Virus record (IMG/VR): IMGVR_UViG_3300038412_000065
Location: 15,004 to 79,003 of that record
Length of the DNA stretch: 64,000 bases
Strand: one strand, 5' to 3'
From: a virus
The position numbers and the translations under genes were made by a program. The notes beneath the pieces were generated by a model. It was not told the origin of the DNA, ran no database searches, and saw nothing but the letters and a program-made list of their open reading frames with translations. Within the stretch, counting starts at the first letter, position 1. Each line of letters starts with the position of its first letter. Below, one piece after another: positions 1-7,758 of the stretch.

Positions 1-303
1 ATGGAAAGCGGGCTGGAGGAGCAGCTCATCAAGGCGATGCTGAAAGGCGCCTTCGTCCCGCAGTGGATGCTCGACTCCGCGAAGCCCCGCGAGCGTTGGG
101 TGGCCGGCGCCGACGAGGTGTTCCTCATGGGCGACATGCTCGGCAAGGATCTGCGCGCACCGCCGCAACCGATCACCGTTTCACAAGCCCGCAGAATGGG
201 TATTGACGAGTCCGTCATTAGCCAGTATGCTGAACGTCCCAAAGGTGCCGTCAAGCTGGCCCCGATGGACCTCACCCAAGCCAGAAAGGTATTCAGCCGA
301 TGA
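1..303 (+). CDS. C-terminal part of a phage protein, probably the DUF2800/Cas4-like exonuclease of APSE-type replication modules (5' end outside window)
   Basis: Open from window start; lies upstream of SSB and DNA polymerase as in APSE/BPP-1-like modules; no catalytic motif visible in this fragment. Confidence 0.45.
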   Translation: MESGLEEQLIKAMLKGAFVPQWMLDSAKPRERWVAGADEVFLMGDMLGKDLRAPPQPITVSQARRMGIDESVISQYAERPKGAVKLAPMDLTQARKVFSR

Positions 304-494
304 AAGTCAATCTGCTCGCCAATGGCCTTTTGAAGATCGAAGCCGAGAGTACGCTCGAAGCCTACGCCCTCAAACATTGGTGGGAGCATCTCGGCGATCT
401 GACTGGAACTCACGATAAAACTTCAGGTCTCGCAGTTGACTTCGATGTTCCGTCGTACCATGAAGCCGCGCTCCCGCTTAGCCAAATCAAGTAA
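300..494 (+). CDS. hypothetical phage protein (64 aa)
   Basis: ATGA overlap with upstream gene. Confidence 0.6.
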   Translation: MKVNLLANGLLKIEAESTLEAYALKHWWEHLGDLTGTHDKTSGLAVDFDVPSYHEAALPLSQIK

Positions 495-526
495 CCCAAC
501 GTCACTCACAAAAGGCACTGCATACC

Positions 527-1420
527 ATGAGCAATCACAAGACTGAAGTCCTGTTCCCCGTCGGCCGCCTCGTCATGGGCTCGCTGTCCGAAGCGCAGAC
601 CACCGACGCCGACGGCAACCCGCTGCTGACCAAGAGCGGCCCCAACACCGGGCAGCCCCGTATCAACTATTTCTTCGCCATCGCCATCCCCAAGAACGGC
701 GCGGTCAGCTGGTGGGATACCGAGTGGGGCAAGAAGATCCTCGCCGTCGGCCAGGCGGCTTTCCCGCAGCAGAGCGCCAGCCCGAAGTTCGCCTGGAAGA
801 TCGAAGACGGCGACTCGCAGATCCCGAACACGAAGGGCAATAAGCCCTGCGACCGCGAGGGCTTCCCCGGCAACTTCATCGTGCGCCTGGGCAGCGGCTT
901 CGCCCCCAAGGTATTCGACGCCAAGAACGGCCCGTCGGAACTGAAGCCGATGGATGGCGCCGAGGTCAAGCTGGGCCACTACGTCGAGGTGCTCGGCGTC
1001 GTCGACGGCAACGGCAGTGCGCAGCAGCCCGGCATCTACATCAATCACTCGATGGTGGCTCACCGCGCGTTCGGCCCCGAGATCTTCGTGGGCGCCGACC
1101 CGACCAGCGTGGGCTTCGGTCAGACCCCGCTGCCGCCGGGCGCCTCGGCGACGCCGACGTCCGCGCTGGCCCCGCCCGCCGCTGGCGCTCCGACCCCGCC
1201 CGCTGCGGCCAGCCCGCCGGCAGCTCCTCCGGTCGCTGCGGCACCCGCCGCCCCGACCCCGCCGGTGCCCACCGTGCCGCACACCGCGATCCTGGCCGGC
1301 CCGCCGGCACCGCCCGCGCACGTCATGCTCCCTGCGGCGCAGGGCGCCAGCTACGAGGCGTGCATCGCCGCCGGCTGGACCGACGAGCTGCTGGTCGCCA
1401 ACGGGATGATGCAGGCGTAA
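527..1420 (+). CDS. phage ssDNA-binding protein (DUF2815/APSE-type) with Pro/Ala linker and small C-terminal domain
   Basis: FAWKIEDGDS, G(N)GSAQQPGIYINHSMV motifs; position in replication module. Confidence 0.75.
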   Translation: MSNHKTEVLFPVGRLVMGSLSEAQTTDADGNPLLTKSGPNTGQPRINYFFAIAIPKNGAVSWWDTEWGKKILAVGQAAFPQQSASPKFAWKIEDGDSQIPNTKGNKPCDREGFPGNFIVRLGSGFAPKVFDAKNGPSELKPMDGAEVKLGHYVEVLGVVDGNGSAQQPGIYINHSMVAHRAFGPEIFVGADPTSVGFGQTPLPPGASATPTSALAPPAAGAPTPPAAASPPAAPPVAAAPAAPTPPVPTVPHTAILAGPPAPPAHVMLPAAQGASYEACIAAGWTDELLVANGMMQA

Positions 1421-1426
1421 CCCACC

Positions 1427-1449
1427 GCCCCTGGCAGAGCAGGGGCTTT
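1427..1449 (+). terminator. probable intrinsic terminator
   Basis: GCCCCTG-gcagag-CAGGGGC-TTT directly after SSB stop. Confidence 0.55.
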
Positions 1450-1451
1450 AC

Positions 1452-1961
1452 TTGGAGATCGAGATGCGCCCTGACGAAGAATTGCTTAACCATGTGCGCG
1501 AGCAGCGCGACAATTTTGCACGAGGCGTGCATGCGGCCAATAGGGATATCAACAAGCTGCACCGGGTCAACGAAGAGCTGCGCGCGGAGATCAAGCGGCT
1601 GAAGTACAGCCCGAAGGACGGCCCATACATCCAGGTCGTCGGCGTCGGCCCCGCGAAAGAGGTCTTCCTCGGCGGCCATCGGATCGAAGGCGTGATGTCG
1701 GTTGACCACGCGGTGCGGCCGGACGAATTGCCGCAGACGACACTCGTGCTGCACGGCGAGTATTCCACGACGGAGCGCCGGAAGCTGGAGGTGCGCAGCC
1801 CGGTCGACTTCTCGAAGCACCGCCCCGACTGCCCGTTGTCCTGGCAGTTCACGGCCAAGGCCGAAGCTCAGTACGCGACGAGCCGCATCGGTGACTGGCT
1901 CGACCAAGGCTGGACGCTGGAGGCGATGCGCGAGTACGGCTTCATCGAGCCGAAGCAATGA
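1452..1961 (+). CDS. hypothetical phage protein with coiled coil and C-terminal GWT-x-E motif
   Basis: Fills the operon, ATGA overlap with next gene; start uncertain (1452 TTG or 1464 ATG). Confidence 0.65.
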   Translation: MEIEMRPDEELLNHVREQRDNFARGVHAANRDINKLHRVNEELRAEIKRLKYSPKDGPYIQVVGVGPAKEVFLGGHRIEGVMSVDHAVRPDELPQTTLVLHGEYSTTERRKLEVRSPVDFSKHRPDCPLSWQFTAKAEAQYATSRIGDWLDQGWTLEAMREYGFIEPKQ

Positions 1962-2311
1962 AAACCATCATCGCTGGCAGCCGCACGATCACCCGCATCT
2001 GCCTTCTGGCGTGTGCGGTCACCGCGGCGAAGTTCGAGATGACTGAGGTCGTCAGCGGTTGCGCCGATGGCGTCGACCAACTCGGCGAACGGTGGGCGCA
2101 GATGGCCGGGCTGCCGGTGCGCCAGTTCCCCGCCGACTGGAAGCGCTACGGGAAGGCGGCCGGGCGCCAGCGAAACCTGCAGATGGCCGTCTATGCTGAC
2201 GCGCTGATCGCCCTCTGGGACGGCAAGAGCCCCGGCACTCGCCACATGATCGCCACCGCGGAGCGCATGGGCCTGAAGGTCTTCGTGTACCGCACTGACT
2301 TGGAGAATTGA
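1958..2311 (+). CDS. SLOG-superfamily protein (YspA/DUF2493-like)
   Basis: IIAGSR, VVSGCADGVD, FPADWKRYGKAAG..RN..M, WDGKSPGT..MI motifs. Confidence 0.85.
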   Translation: MKTIIAGSRTITRICLLACAVTAAKFEMTEVVSGCADGVDQLGERWAQMAGLPVRQFPADWKRYGKAAGRQRNLQMAVYADALIALWDGKSPGTRHMIATAERMGLKVFVYRTDLEN

Positions 2312-2415
2312 GATGAGGCGCTGGCGGGAGTTCAAAAAGTGGTACTGGTTCTACCGTCGCGGGAAATGGCGGGAGCCGATTCCTCGCGCCCTCTTGTGCG
2401 CTTGGGTGCAGAGCC

Positions 2416-2634
2416 GTGATTGACCTCATCCCGCCCAAGCCGCCGCGCATCGAGCGCGAGGTGCACCCCAAGTGGGCTGCGTGGATCGAAGCGAGCGCCT
2501 ACACGCACGCCGTCGCCCGGCAGGAACTGGGGCTCGCCAACGGGACGTTTTACCGCCGCATCTCTCGCGAGCCGACACTGATTGACCGCCTCGCCATGCG
2601 AGCCCTTTACGAAGGATTGGAGCCGTACCGATGA
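2416..2634 (+). CDS. small putative HTH-like DNA-binding protein
   Basis: VARQELGLANGTFYR segment; ATGA overlap downstream. Confidence 0.5.
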   Translation: MIDLIPPKPPRIEREVHPKWAAWIEASAYTHAVARQELGLANGTFYRRISREPTLIDRLAMRALYEGLEPYR

Positions 2635-3260
2635 GAGTGCTTGTAGCCTGTGAGTTCAGCGGGCGCGTCCGCGATGCGTTCCGTCGCCGCGGCCACGATG
2701 CCTGGAGCTGCGACCTTCGCAAATGCGAGAGCGACCAGAGCTTTCACATCCAAGGCGACGTGCGCAACGAGCTGCAGCCCGGACGCTGGGATATGCTGAT
2801 CGCGCATCCGTACTGCACATTCAACAATTTGGCCGGCATCCGTTGGATGTATCACCCGGAGGACACGGTGCTGCCCGCAGAGCACCGACGGAGGCACCCC
2901 AAGTATCCGAACCGCATGCGAGACTTCCTTGAAGGTGTCGCGTTCTTCAAGGAACTTTGGAACGCACCGGTCGACAAGATCATTATGGAAAATAGCCAGC
3001 CCCACGGGCTCGCGATGCAGCACGTCGGGAGGTATGACCAGATTGTCCAACCGTGGATGTTCGGCTCGCCAGTGACGAAAGCCGCGGCACTCTGGCTGAA
3101 GGGCGTGCCCAAGCTCGTACCGACACACAAAAAGACCGACTACCCCGAGATCAAGCCGGTATGCCATTTCATGTCGCCCGGCCCCGATCGCGAACGTGAG
3201 CGCAGCCGCACCGATACCTGCGTGGCCGAAGCCTTTGCCGAGCAGTGGGGCTCACTGTGA
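2631..3260 (+). CDS. phage DNA cytosine methyltransferase-like protein
   Basis: VLVACEFSG..RDAF, AWSCDL, WDMLIAHPYCT, IMEN, RSRT..AEAFAEQWG. Confidence 0.75.
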   Translation: MRVLVACEFSGRVRDAFRRRGHDAWSCDLRKCESDQSFHIQGDVRNELQPGRWDMLIAHPYCTFNNLAGIRWMYHPEDTVLPAEHRRRHPKYPNRMRDFLEGVAFFKELWNAPVDKIIMENSQPHGLAMQHVGRYDQIVQPWMFGSPVTKAAALWLKGVPKLVPTHKKTDYPEIKPVCHFMSPGPDRERERSRTDTCVAEAFAEQWGSL

Positions 3261-4216
3261 CCCACCTCGCCGGCACCAAGCTCCGCGTCGGGCTCGGCTA
3301 CTCGACCGTGCGGCCCTCGTTCGACCTGGAGACCTACAGCGAGGCGGGCTTCGAGTGGAGCGAGGCCGACGGCAAGTGGCTCAAGACGTCCACCGACGCG
3401 AAGGGCCGCGGCGGGTTGCCCGCGGTCGGGGCGGCGGTCTACGCGCAGCACCCGACGACCGAGATCCTGTCGATGGTCTACGACCTGAAGGACGGGCTCG
3501 GCGCGCGGCTCTGGCTGCCGGGGCAACCGCTGCCGGCGGACTTCTGCGTCCACATTGCTGCCGGCGGGGAGATCGAAGCACACGGCGCCAAGTTTGAACT
3601 CTGGATCTGGGAGTACGTCGCGGTGCCCCGCTACGGCTTCCCGCCAATCCACCCGACGCAACTCTACTGCTCGATGGGCAAGGCGCGCGCGTGGTCGCTG
3701 CCGCCCGCCCTGGCCGACGTCGGTGAGGTGCTGGGCATCGAGCACCAGAAAGACGCCGAGGGCAAACGTCTGCTCGACAAGTTCAGCGTGCCGCGCAAGC
3801 CGACGAAGAAAGACCCGCGCAAGCGCATCCGGCCCGAGGAAGATCCGGTCGACGGCCCGCGGCTCTACGCCTACAACGCCCGCGACGTGCTGGCCGAGGA
3901 CGAGGTGAGCGCCGCGACGCCCGACATGCCCGCCGACCGCCGCGCCTACTGGCTGCTCGACCTGGCGATCAACAAGCGCGGCATCCCGGTGGACCGCGCG
4001 GGCGTCGAGAATTGCATCGTGGTGCTGGAGCAGGCGCTGGAGCGCTACAACGCCGAGCTGGCCGCCCTCACCGGTGGCTGCGTGAAGAAAGCCAGCGAGG
4101 TCCAGAAGCTCGTCGGGTGGCTCGCCGGCAAGGGCTGCTACGTCGACTCGCTGGATCAGGAGAGCGTCGAGGGCGCCATCGCAGAACTGAAGCAACAACT
4201 AGCTACGGAGAATTGA
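3257..4216 (+). CDS. family A DNA polymerase, N-terminal half (3'-5' exonuclease to thumb)
   Basis: ExoI FDLETYS, ExoII AHGAKFE, ExoIII YNARDV, DLAINKRGIPVD; GTG start overlaps MTase stop. Confidence 0.85.
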   Translation: MTHLAGTKLRVGLGYSTVRPSFDLETYSEAGFEWSEADGKWLKTSTDAKGRGGLPAVGAAVYAQHPTTEILSMVYDLKDGLGARLWLPGQPLPADFCVHIAAGGEIEAHGAKFELWIWEYVAVPRYGFPPIHPTQLYCSMGKARAWSLPPALADVGEVLGIEHQKDAEGKRLLDKFSVPRKPTKKDPRKRIRPEEDPVDGPRLYAYNARDVLAEDEVSAATPDMPADRRAYWLLDLAINKRGIPVDRAGVENCIVVLEQALERYNAELAALTGGCVKKASEVQKLVGWLAGKGCYVDSLDQESVEGAIAELKQQLATEN

Positions 4217-4217
4217 A

Positions 4218-4427
4218 ATGGCCGACTTAGGTGAAAAGATGATCGCGCGCGCCGACCTTGACGGCCTGCCCGCCGAGCATGAGCTGCGAGCGAAAGGCGC
4301 GGCGTTCAGTACCGCAGCCGCGGGGTTTTACGCGGACCCGCAAACTGTCGACGTCAAACAGTTCATGGGCTGCTGGGCCCGGGCGCGGCGCTGCTGGAGC
4401 GAGTATTCCGGCGAGCCTTTGCTGTGA
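4218..4427 (+). CDS. small hypothetical protein (69 aa) inserted between the polymerase halves
   Basis: GGAG RBS upstream; GTGA overlap with the polymerase C-half. Confidence 0.7.
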   Translation: MADLGEKMIARADLDGLPAEHELRAKGAAFSTAAAGFYADPQTVDVKQFMGCWARARRCWSEYSGEPLL

Positions 4428-5872
4428 CCCGCGACGACATGCTCGCCTGCCTCCGCGCCTTGGAGATCCGGCAGGCGGTTGGTAGCGCCAGCGTCAAGAA
4501 AGTCTACGCGTTGCGCGGCCAGATGACCGCCGCCAACCGGGTGCATGACCTGTTCACCGTGGATGGCGCGCGCACTGGCCGCCCGACGGGCAGCGGGCCG
4601 CAGCCGACCAATTTCCCGAACTCCGGCCCCGAGGTGCGCCAGTGCGCCCAATGCGGCCACTGGCACCCCGCCGACCGCATGATGTGCCCGTGGTGCTTCA
4701 CCGTGCGCGGGCCGACCAGCAAGGCCGAGGAGTGGAACGCGGCGGCAGCCGAGGACGGGCTGGCGGCGATAGCCACGCGGGACCTGGACTTCGTCGAGAT
4801 GATCTGGGGCGATGCGCTGGCGGTGATGGGCGGCAGCCTGCGCAGCTTGCTCTGCGCCGACGAGGAACACGAGTTCATCTGCAGCGACTACTCGGCGATC
4901 GAGGCCGTCGTGAACGCGATGCTGGCCGGCGAGCAGTGGCGCATCGACGTGTTCCGCACGCACGGCAAGATTTATGAGGCGTCGGCCGCCGAGATGTTTG
5001 GCGTGCCCCTTGAAGAGATGCTGCGTTACAAGGAAGAGACGGGCAATCACCACAAGTTGCGGAAGCACGGGAAAACTGCAGAGCTTGCCCTCGGTTTCGG
5101 AGGCTGGATAGGCTCCTTGCGCGCGTTCGGCTACGACGGCACCGACGACGAGGCGAAGGAACTTATCCTCAGGTGGCGCGCGAAGAGCCCCAACATCATG
5201 TTCTTTGCCGGCGGTCAGAGCTGCCCCCAGTCGACGATGGAATGGCACGTGGCGGCACTCGCGGTCGGCGGCGTGACCAACGCCGGGCCTAAGTGGGAGG
5301 TGAGCCGCGCTCGCGCCGAGGGAGTCCCTCCGTGGCGCGGCGTGCCTCACATGTTTGGCCTTGACGGCATGGCAGTCTTGGCGATCCAGAACCCCGGCGT
5401 GCAATACCCGGTGACGCGCCTCGACGGCCGCCCGTCAGGCGTGACCATGTACGTCTACGAAGACGTGCTCTACATGTTCCTGCCCGACGGCAGCTACATC
5501 CCCTACCACAAGCCTCGCCTCGAACGCAGTCAACAGGAGTGGCGGGGACTGAGCATCAGCTTCGAGGGGTACAACACAAACCCGAAGAAAGGCCCGTACG
5601 GATGGATTCGGATGTACTTGACCACGAACTCCAACATTGAGAATTGCGTCCAGGCCACCGCCAACCGCATCCTGCGCCACGGCCAGCACCGGCTCGAAGC
5701 CGCGGGCTACCCGGTCGTGCTGCATGTCTACGACGAGAACGCCGCCGAGGTGCCCAAGGGCTTCGGGTCGATCGAGACGTTCGAGGCCGAGATGAACGTC
5801 ATGCCGCCTTGGGCCGCCGATTGGCCGGTCAAAGCCAAGGGCGGTTGGAGGGGGCGGCGGTATCGGAAGTGA
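4424..5872 (+). CDS. family A DNA polymerase, C-terminal polymerase half
   Basis: GARTGR..G.GPQPTN, motif A SDYSAIE, motif B RKHGKTAELALGFGG, ENCVQA, motif C LHVYDE, terminal GWRGRRYRK. Confidence 0.92.
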   Translation: MTRDDMLACLRALEIRQAVGSASVKKVYALRGQMTAANRVHDLFTVDGARTGRPTGSGPQPTNFPNSGPEVRQCAQCGHWHPADRMMCPWCFTVRGPTSKAEEWNAAAAEDGLAAIATRDLDFVEMIWGDALAVMGGSLRSLLCADEEHEFICSDYSAIEAVVNAMLAGEQWRIDVFRTHGKIYEASAAEMFGVPLEEMLRYKEETGNHHKLRKHGKTAELALGFGGWIGSLRAFGYDGTDDEAKELILRWRAKSPNIMFFAGGQSCPQSTMEWHVAALAVGGVTNAGPKWEVSRARAEGVPPWRGVPHMFGLDGMAVLAIQNPGVQYPVTRLDGRPSGVTMYVYEDVLYMFLPDGSYIPYHKPRLERSQQEWRGLSISFEGYNTNPKKGPYGWIRMYLTTNSNIENCVQATANRILRHGQHRLEAAGYPVVLHVYDENAAEVPKGFGSIETFEAEMNVMPPWAADWPVKAKGGWRGRRYRK

Positions 5873-5875
5873 GGG

Positions 5876-6166
5876 CTACGGCTTGATCGGCCAGTCAAGG
5901 GTATCAGGAAATCCGGCCCGTTCGGGCACGCCGCGCAGCGCCTGGCGGTAGGCCGCCCATGCGGTCTTTTGCTCTGCCGTCAGCGGCACGTCGGCAACCT
6001 GCGTCCAGTCGCAGGCAACGAGCAGAGCATCGCGCTGCTGGCGCATATCGGCGGCAAGCAGCGCAGTCAGCAGTGACTCGGGTAGCACGTCCACGGCGGT
6101 CTCGCCGGGTTGCACGTCGTCGGCGGAGGTGATGGCTCGGAAGCTGGTGGCGGTGATGGCGTACAT
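5876..6166 (-). CDS. tail fibre assembly chaperone (copy 1)
   Basis: RQQRDALL..CDWTQ..D.P, WAAYRQALR..P...GFP..LDWP motif. Confidence 0.88.
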   Translation of the reverse strand: MYAITATSFRAITSADDVQPGETAVDVLPESLLTALLAADMRQQRDALLVACDWTQVADVPLTAEQKTAWAAYRQALRGVPERAGFPDTLDWPIKP

Positions 6167-6648
6167 GGTCAGCGCTCGTAGGTGTAGCCATGCACGTCAA
6201 CATATAGCCCTGACGCTGGCGTGCCGCCTTGGTAGCTGTAATTGAAGCGTTGAAGACTATCGAGCGACTGAGGAGCGAACAAACGCGTTCCAGGGTTTCC
6301 CGGAAGGCCAAGCATGTTATTTGATCCGTCTGGGTCACCGATAATCATGGATAAAGTAGAATCGGAATTGAATATAACAAGGTCGGCCAACTCCGAAGTT
6401 ACAGGAATGCAACCCGCGCACGAGACATTCGTGGTTGCTATAGCTGCACCGTTAGTCAGGACTCGGAATGGCGCTCCGCCAGTGAATGTCGTATATAGGA
6501 CATGGCGATCAAAAATTTTGAACGAAAATATATTGCCGCTTGCATCCGTCAGTACGCTACCGAGATAGCGTCGCGACGTGTCGCCAGTCTTCGTGCGCGC
6601 GGTGCCGTTGTACGCCGCTGCCGGCGCCGTGGTGACGCATTCGATCGC
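6027..6648. repeat. 622-bp direct repeat, copy 1 (identical to 48279-48900)
   Basis: Ends aligned by eye at offset 42252 with first mismatches at 6026 and 6649; interior spot-checked; identical translations in the ORF track. Confidence 0.93.
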
Positions 6649-6900
6649 CGGAGTGCCCGCATTGCTGTAGAGGTAGACGTGATACCAGGTGCTCGGCGTG
6701 AGCGTGAGTCCGCTGAGCGTGAGCGTGCTGGGGTTCGGCAGGCATTTGGACAGCGACGGAATGAACGCCGAGCCGCTTGTCACGCTGATCGACGTGGCGC
6801 TGTTCCACGCCATTTTCAGGCCATCGATGTAGCCTTGGCCGGACCAGTTGGCCGTGCCCCACTGCAAGTCCTGCGTGGTGAGATTGTTGAGGTTCGGCAT
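6169..6900 (-). CDS. tail fibre / receptor-binding protein (podovirus side)
   Basis: WYHVYLY..RRYLGSVLTD domain; upstream of chaperone; C-terminal ~160 aa identical to 48421-49779 product. Confidence 0.8.
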   Translation of the reverse strand: MPNLNNLTTQDLQWGTANWSGQGYIDGLKMAWNSATSISVTSGSAFIPSLSKCLPNPSTLTLSGLTLTPSTWYHVYLYSNAGTPAIECVTTAPAAAYNGTARTKTGDTSRRYLGSVLTDASGNIFSFKIFDRHVLYTTFTGGAPFRVLTNGAAIATTNVSCAGCIPVTSELADLVIFNSDSTLSMIIGDPDGSNNMLGLPGNPGTRLFAPQSLDSLQRFNYSYQGGTPASGLYVDVHGYTYER

Positions 6901-7487
6901 CAGGCGGTGCTCGTGGTGATGAAGTCGCCCGCGCTGGTGACCAGTGGGGTGCCATCGGATGAGATGATGAAGGCGGCTTGCAGCGCTGTCGGTACGCCGG
7001 CTGCAGCAATGCGTGCATCAGCTCGCGCATCCGTGTAATAGAGGTTCGAGCCTTCGGCCAGGTCTGTGGTCGTGGCCGCAGAGGTTCCGCTGATCCTCCC
7101 CTGCGCGTCGCGCGTCAGCTTGACCAGCGCGGCGCCGGTGCCGGAGTCGGCCAGGTTATTGAGCGTCGCCGTGATCGACGTTCCGCCCACATAGGCCAGC
7201 GATATGGTCGCGCTGTTGGCCAGGATCGCGCCCACCGCGTCCTGCGCCCGGCGATTCGTGAACCAGAGGTTCCACTGGCCTTCTTCGAGGTCGTCGGTGG
7301 TGTTGATCGAGCTGTCGGCCGGCGTGCCAGTGCCGAACAAGGCGGCGAGCTTTGCGGTCGTGGCCAGCGTGCCGTCCGGCATGAGCAGGTTCACCCCGAA
7401 CGTGGCGCCGACCGTCGCCCCCGCCTCGACCTGCACGGTCTGTGTCGGGCTCGTGCGATGGATGGGGACGCGGACTACCTTGGCCAT
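6900..7487 (-). CDS. tail fibre proximal/adaptor protein
   Basis: Two TT(D/T)DLxEGxxNLx(F/Y)T repeats and a RDAQGRI fibre repeat. Confidence 0.65.
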   Translation of the reverse strand: MAKVVRVPIHRTSPTQTVQVEAGATVGATFGVNLLMPDGTLATTAKLAALFGTGTPADSSINTTDDLEEGQWNLWFTNRRAQDAVGAILANSATISLAYVGGTSITATLNNLADSGTGAALVKLTRDAQGRISGTSAATTTDLAEGSNLYYTDARADARIAAAGVPTALQAAFIISSDGTPLVTSAGDFITTSTA

Positions 7488-7493
7488 GGGCGA

Positions 7494-7524
7494 AGCGTGC
7501 GACTTCGCCGCAAGGGGTCAACGG
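7494..7524 (-). promoter_or_regulatory. putative late promoter motif, copy 1
   Basis: CCGTTGACCCCTTgcggcgaagtcGCACGCT, ending 6 nt before the ATG at 7487. Confidence 0.65.
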
Positions 7525-7542
7525 ACAAGGTATGCTTTGCCG

Positions 7543-7758
7543 GTGCTTAGCCTTGTCGCCCTGCTGCTCTGGATGATCGCCATTCCCTGCTTTATGGCGG
7601 GCATGGTGTGGCTTGGCCTGGGCGTCGGCGTCATCGCCTTCGCCGTCACGCGCGCCGCGGTCGATCGCCGCGACGACATGGAAACGCTATTCGGCCTCGG
7701 CCTGCAGGCGTTGCTGGTGATCGCGGTTATCCGCGGGATTTCCGCTCTGCTTCCCTGA
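7543..7758 (+). CDS. small membrane protein (about 3 TM), moron oriented against the late operon
   Basis: Hydrophobic 71-aa ORF from GTG 7543; TATGCT -10-like hexamer at 7531-7536. Confidence 0.6.
   Translation: MLSLVALLLWMIAIPCFMAGMVWLGLGVGVIAFAVTRAAVDRRDDMETLFGLGLQALLVIAVIRGISALLP

Noticed and set aside
4214..4423. Stop-codon recoding, intein or group I intron joining the polymerase halves
   Set aside because: Four in-frame TGA codons, but the read-through peptide looks non-coding, TGA is the normal stop elsewhere, and no intein or intron motifs are visible
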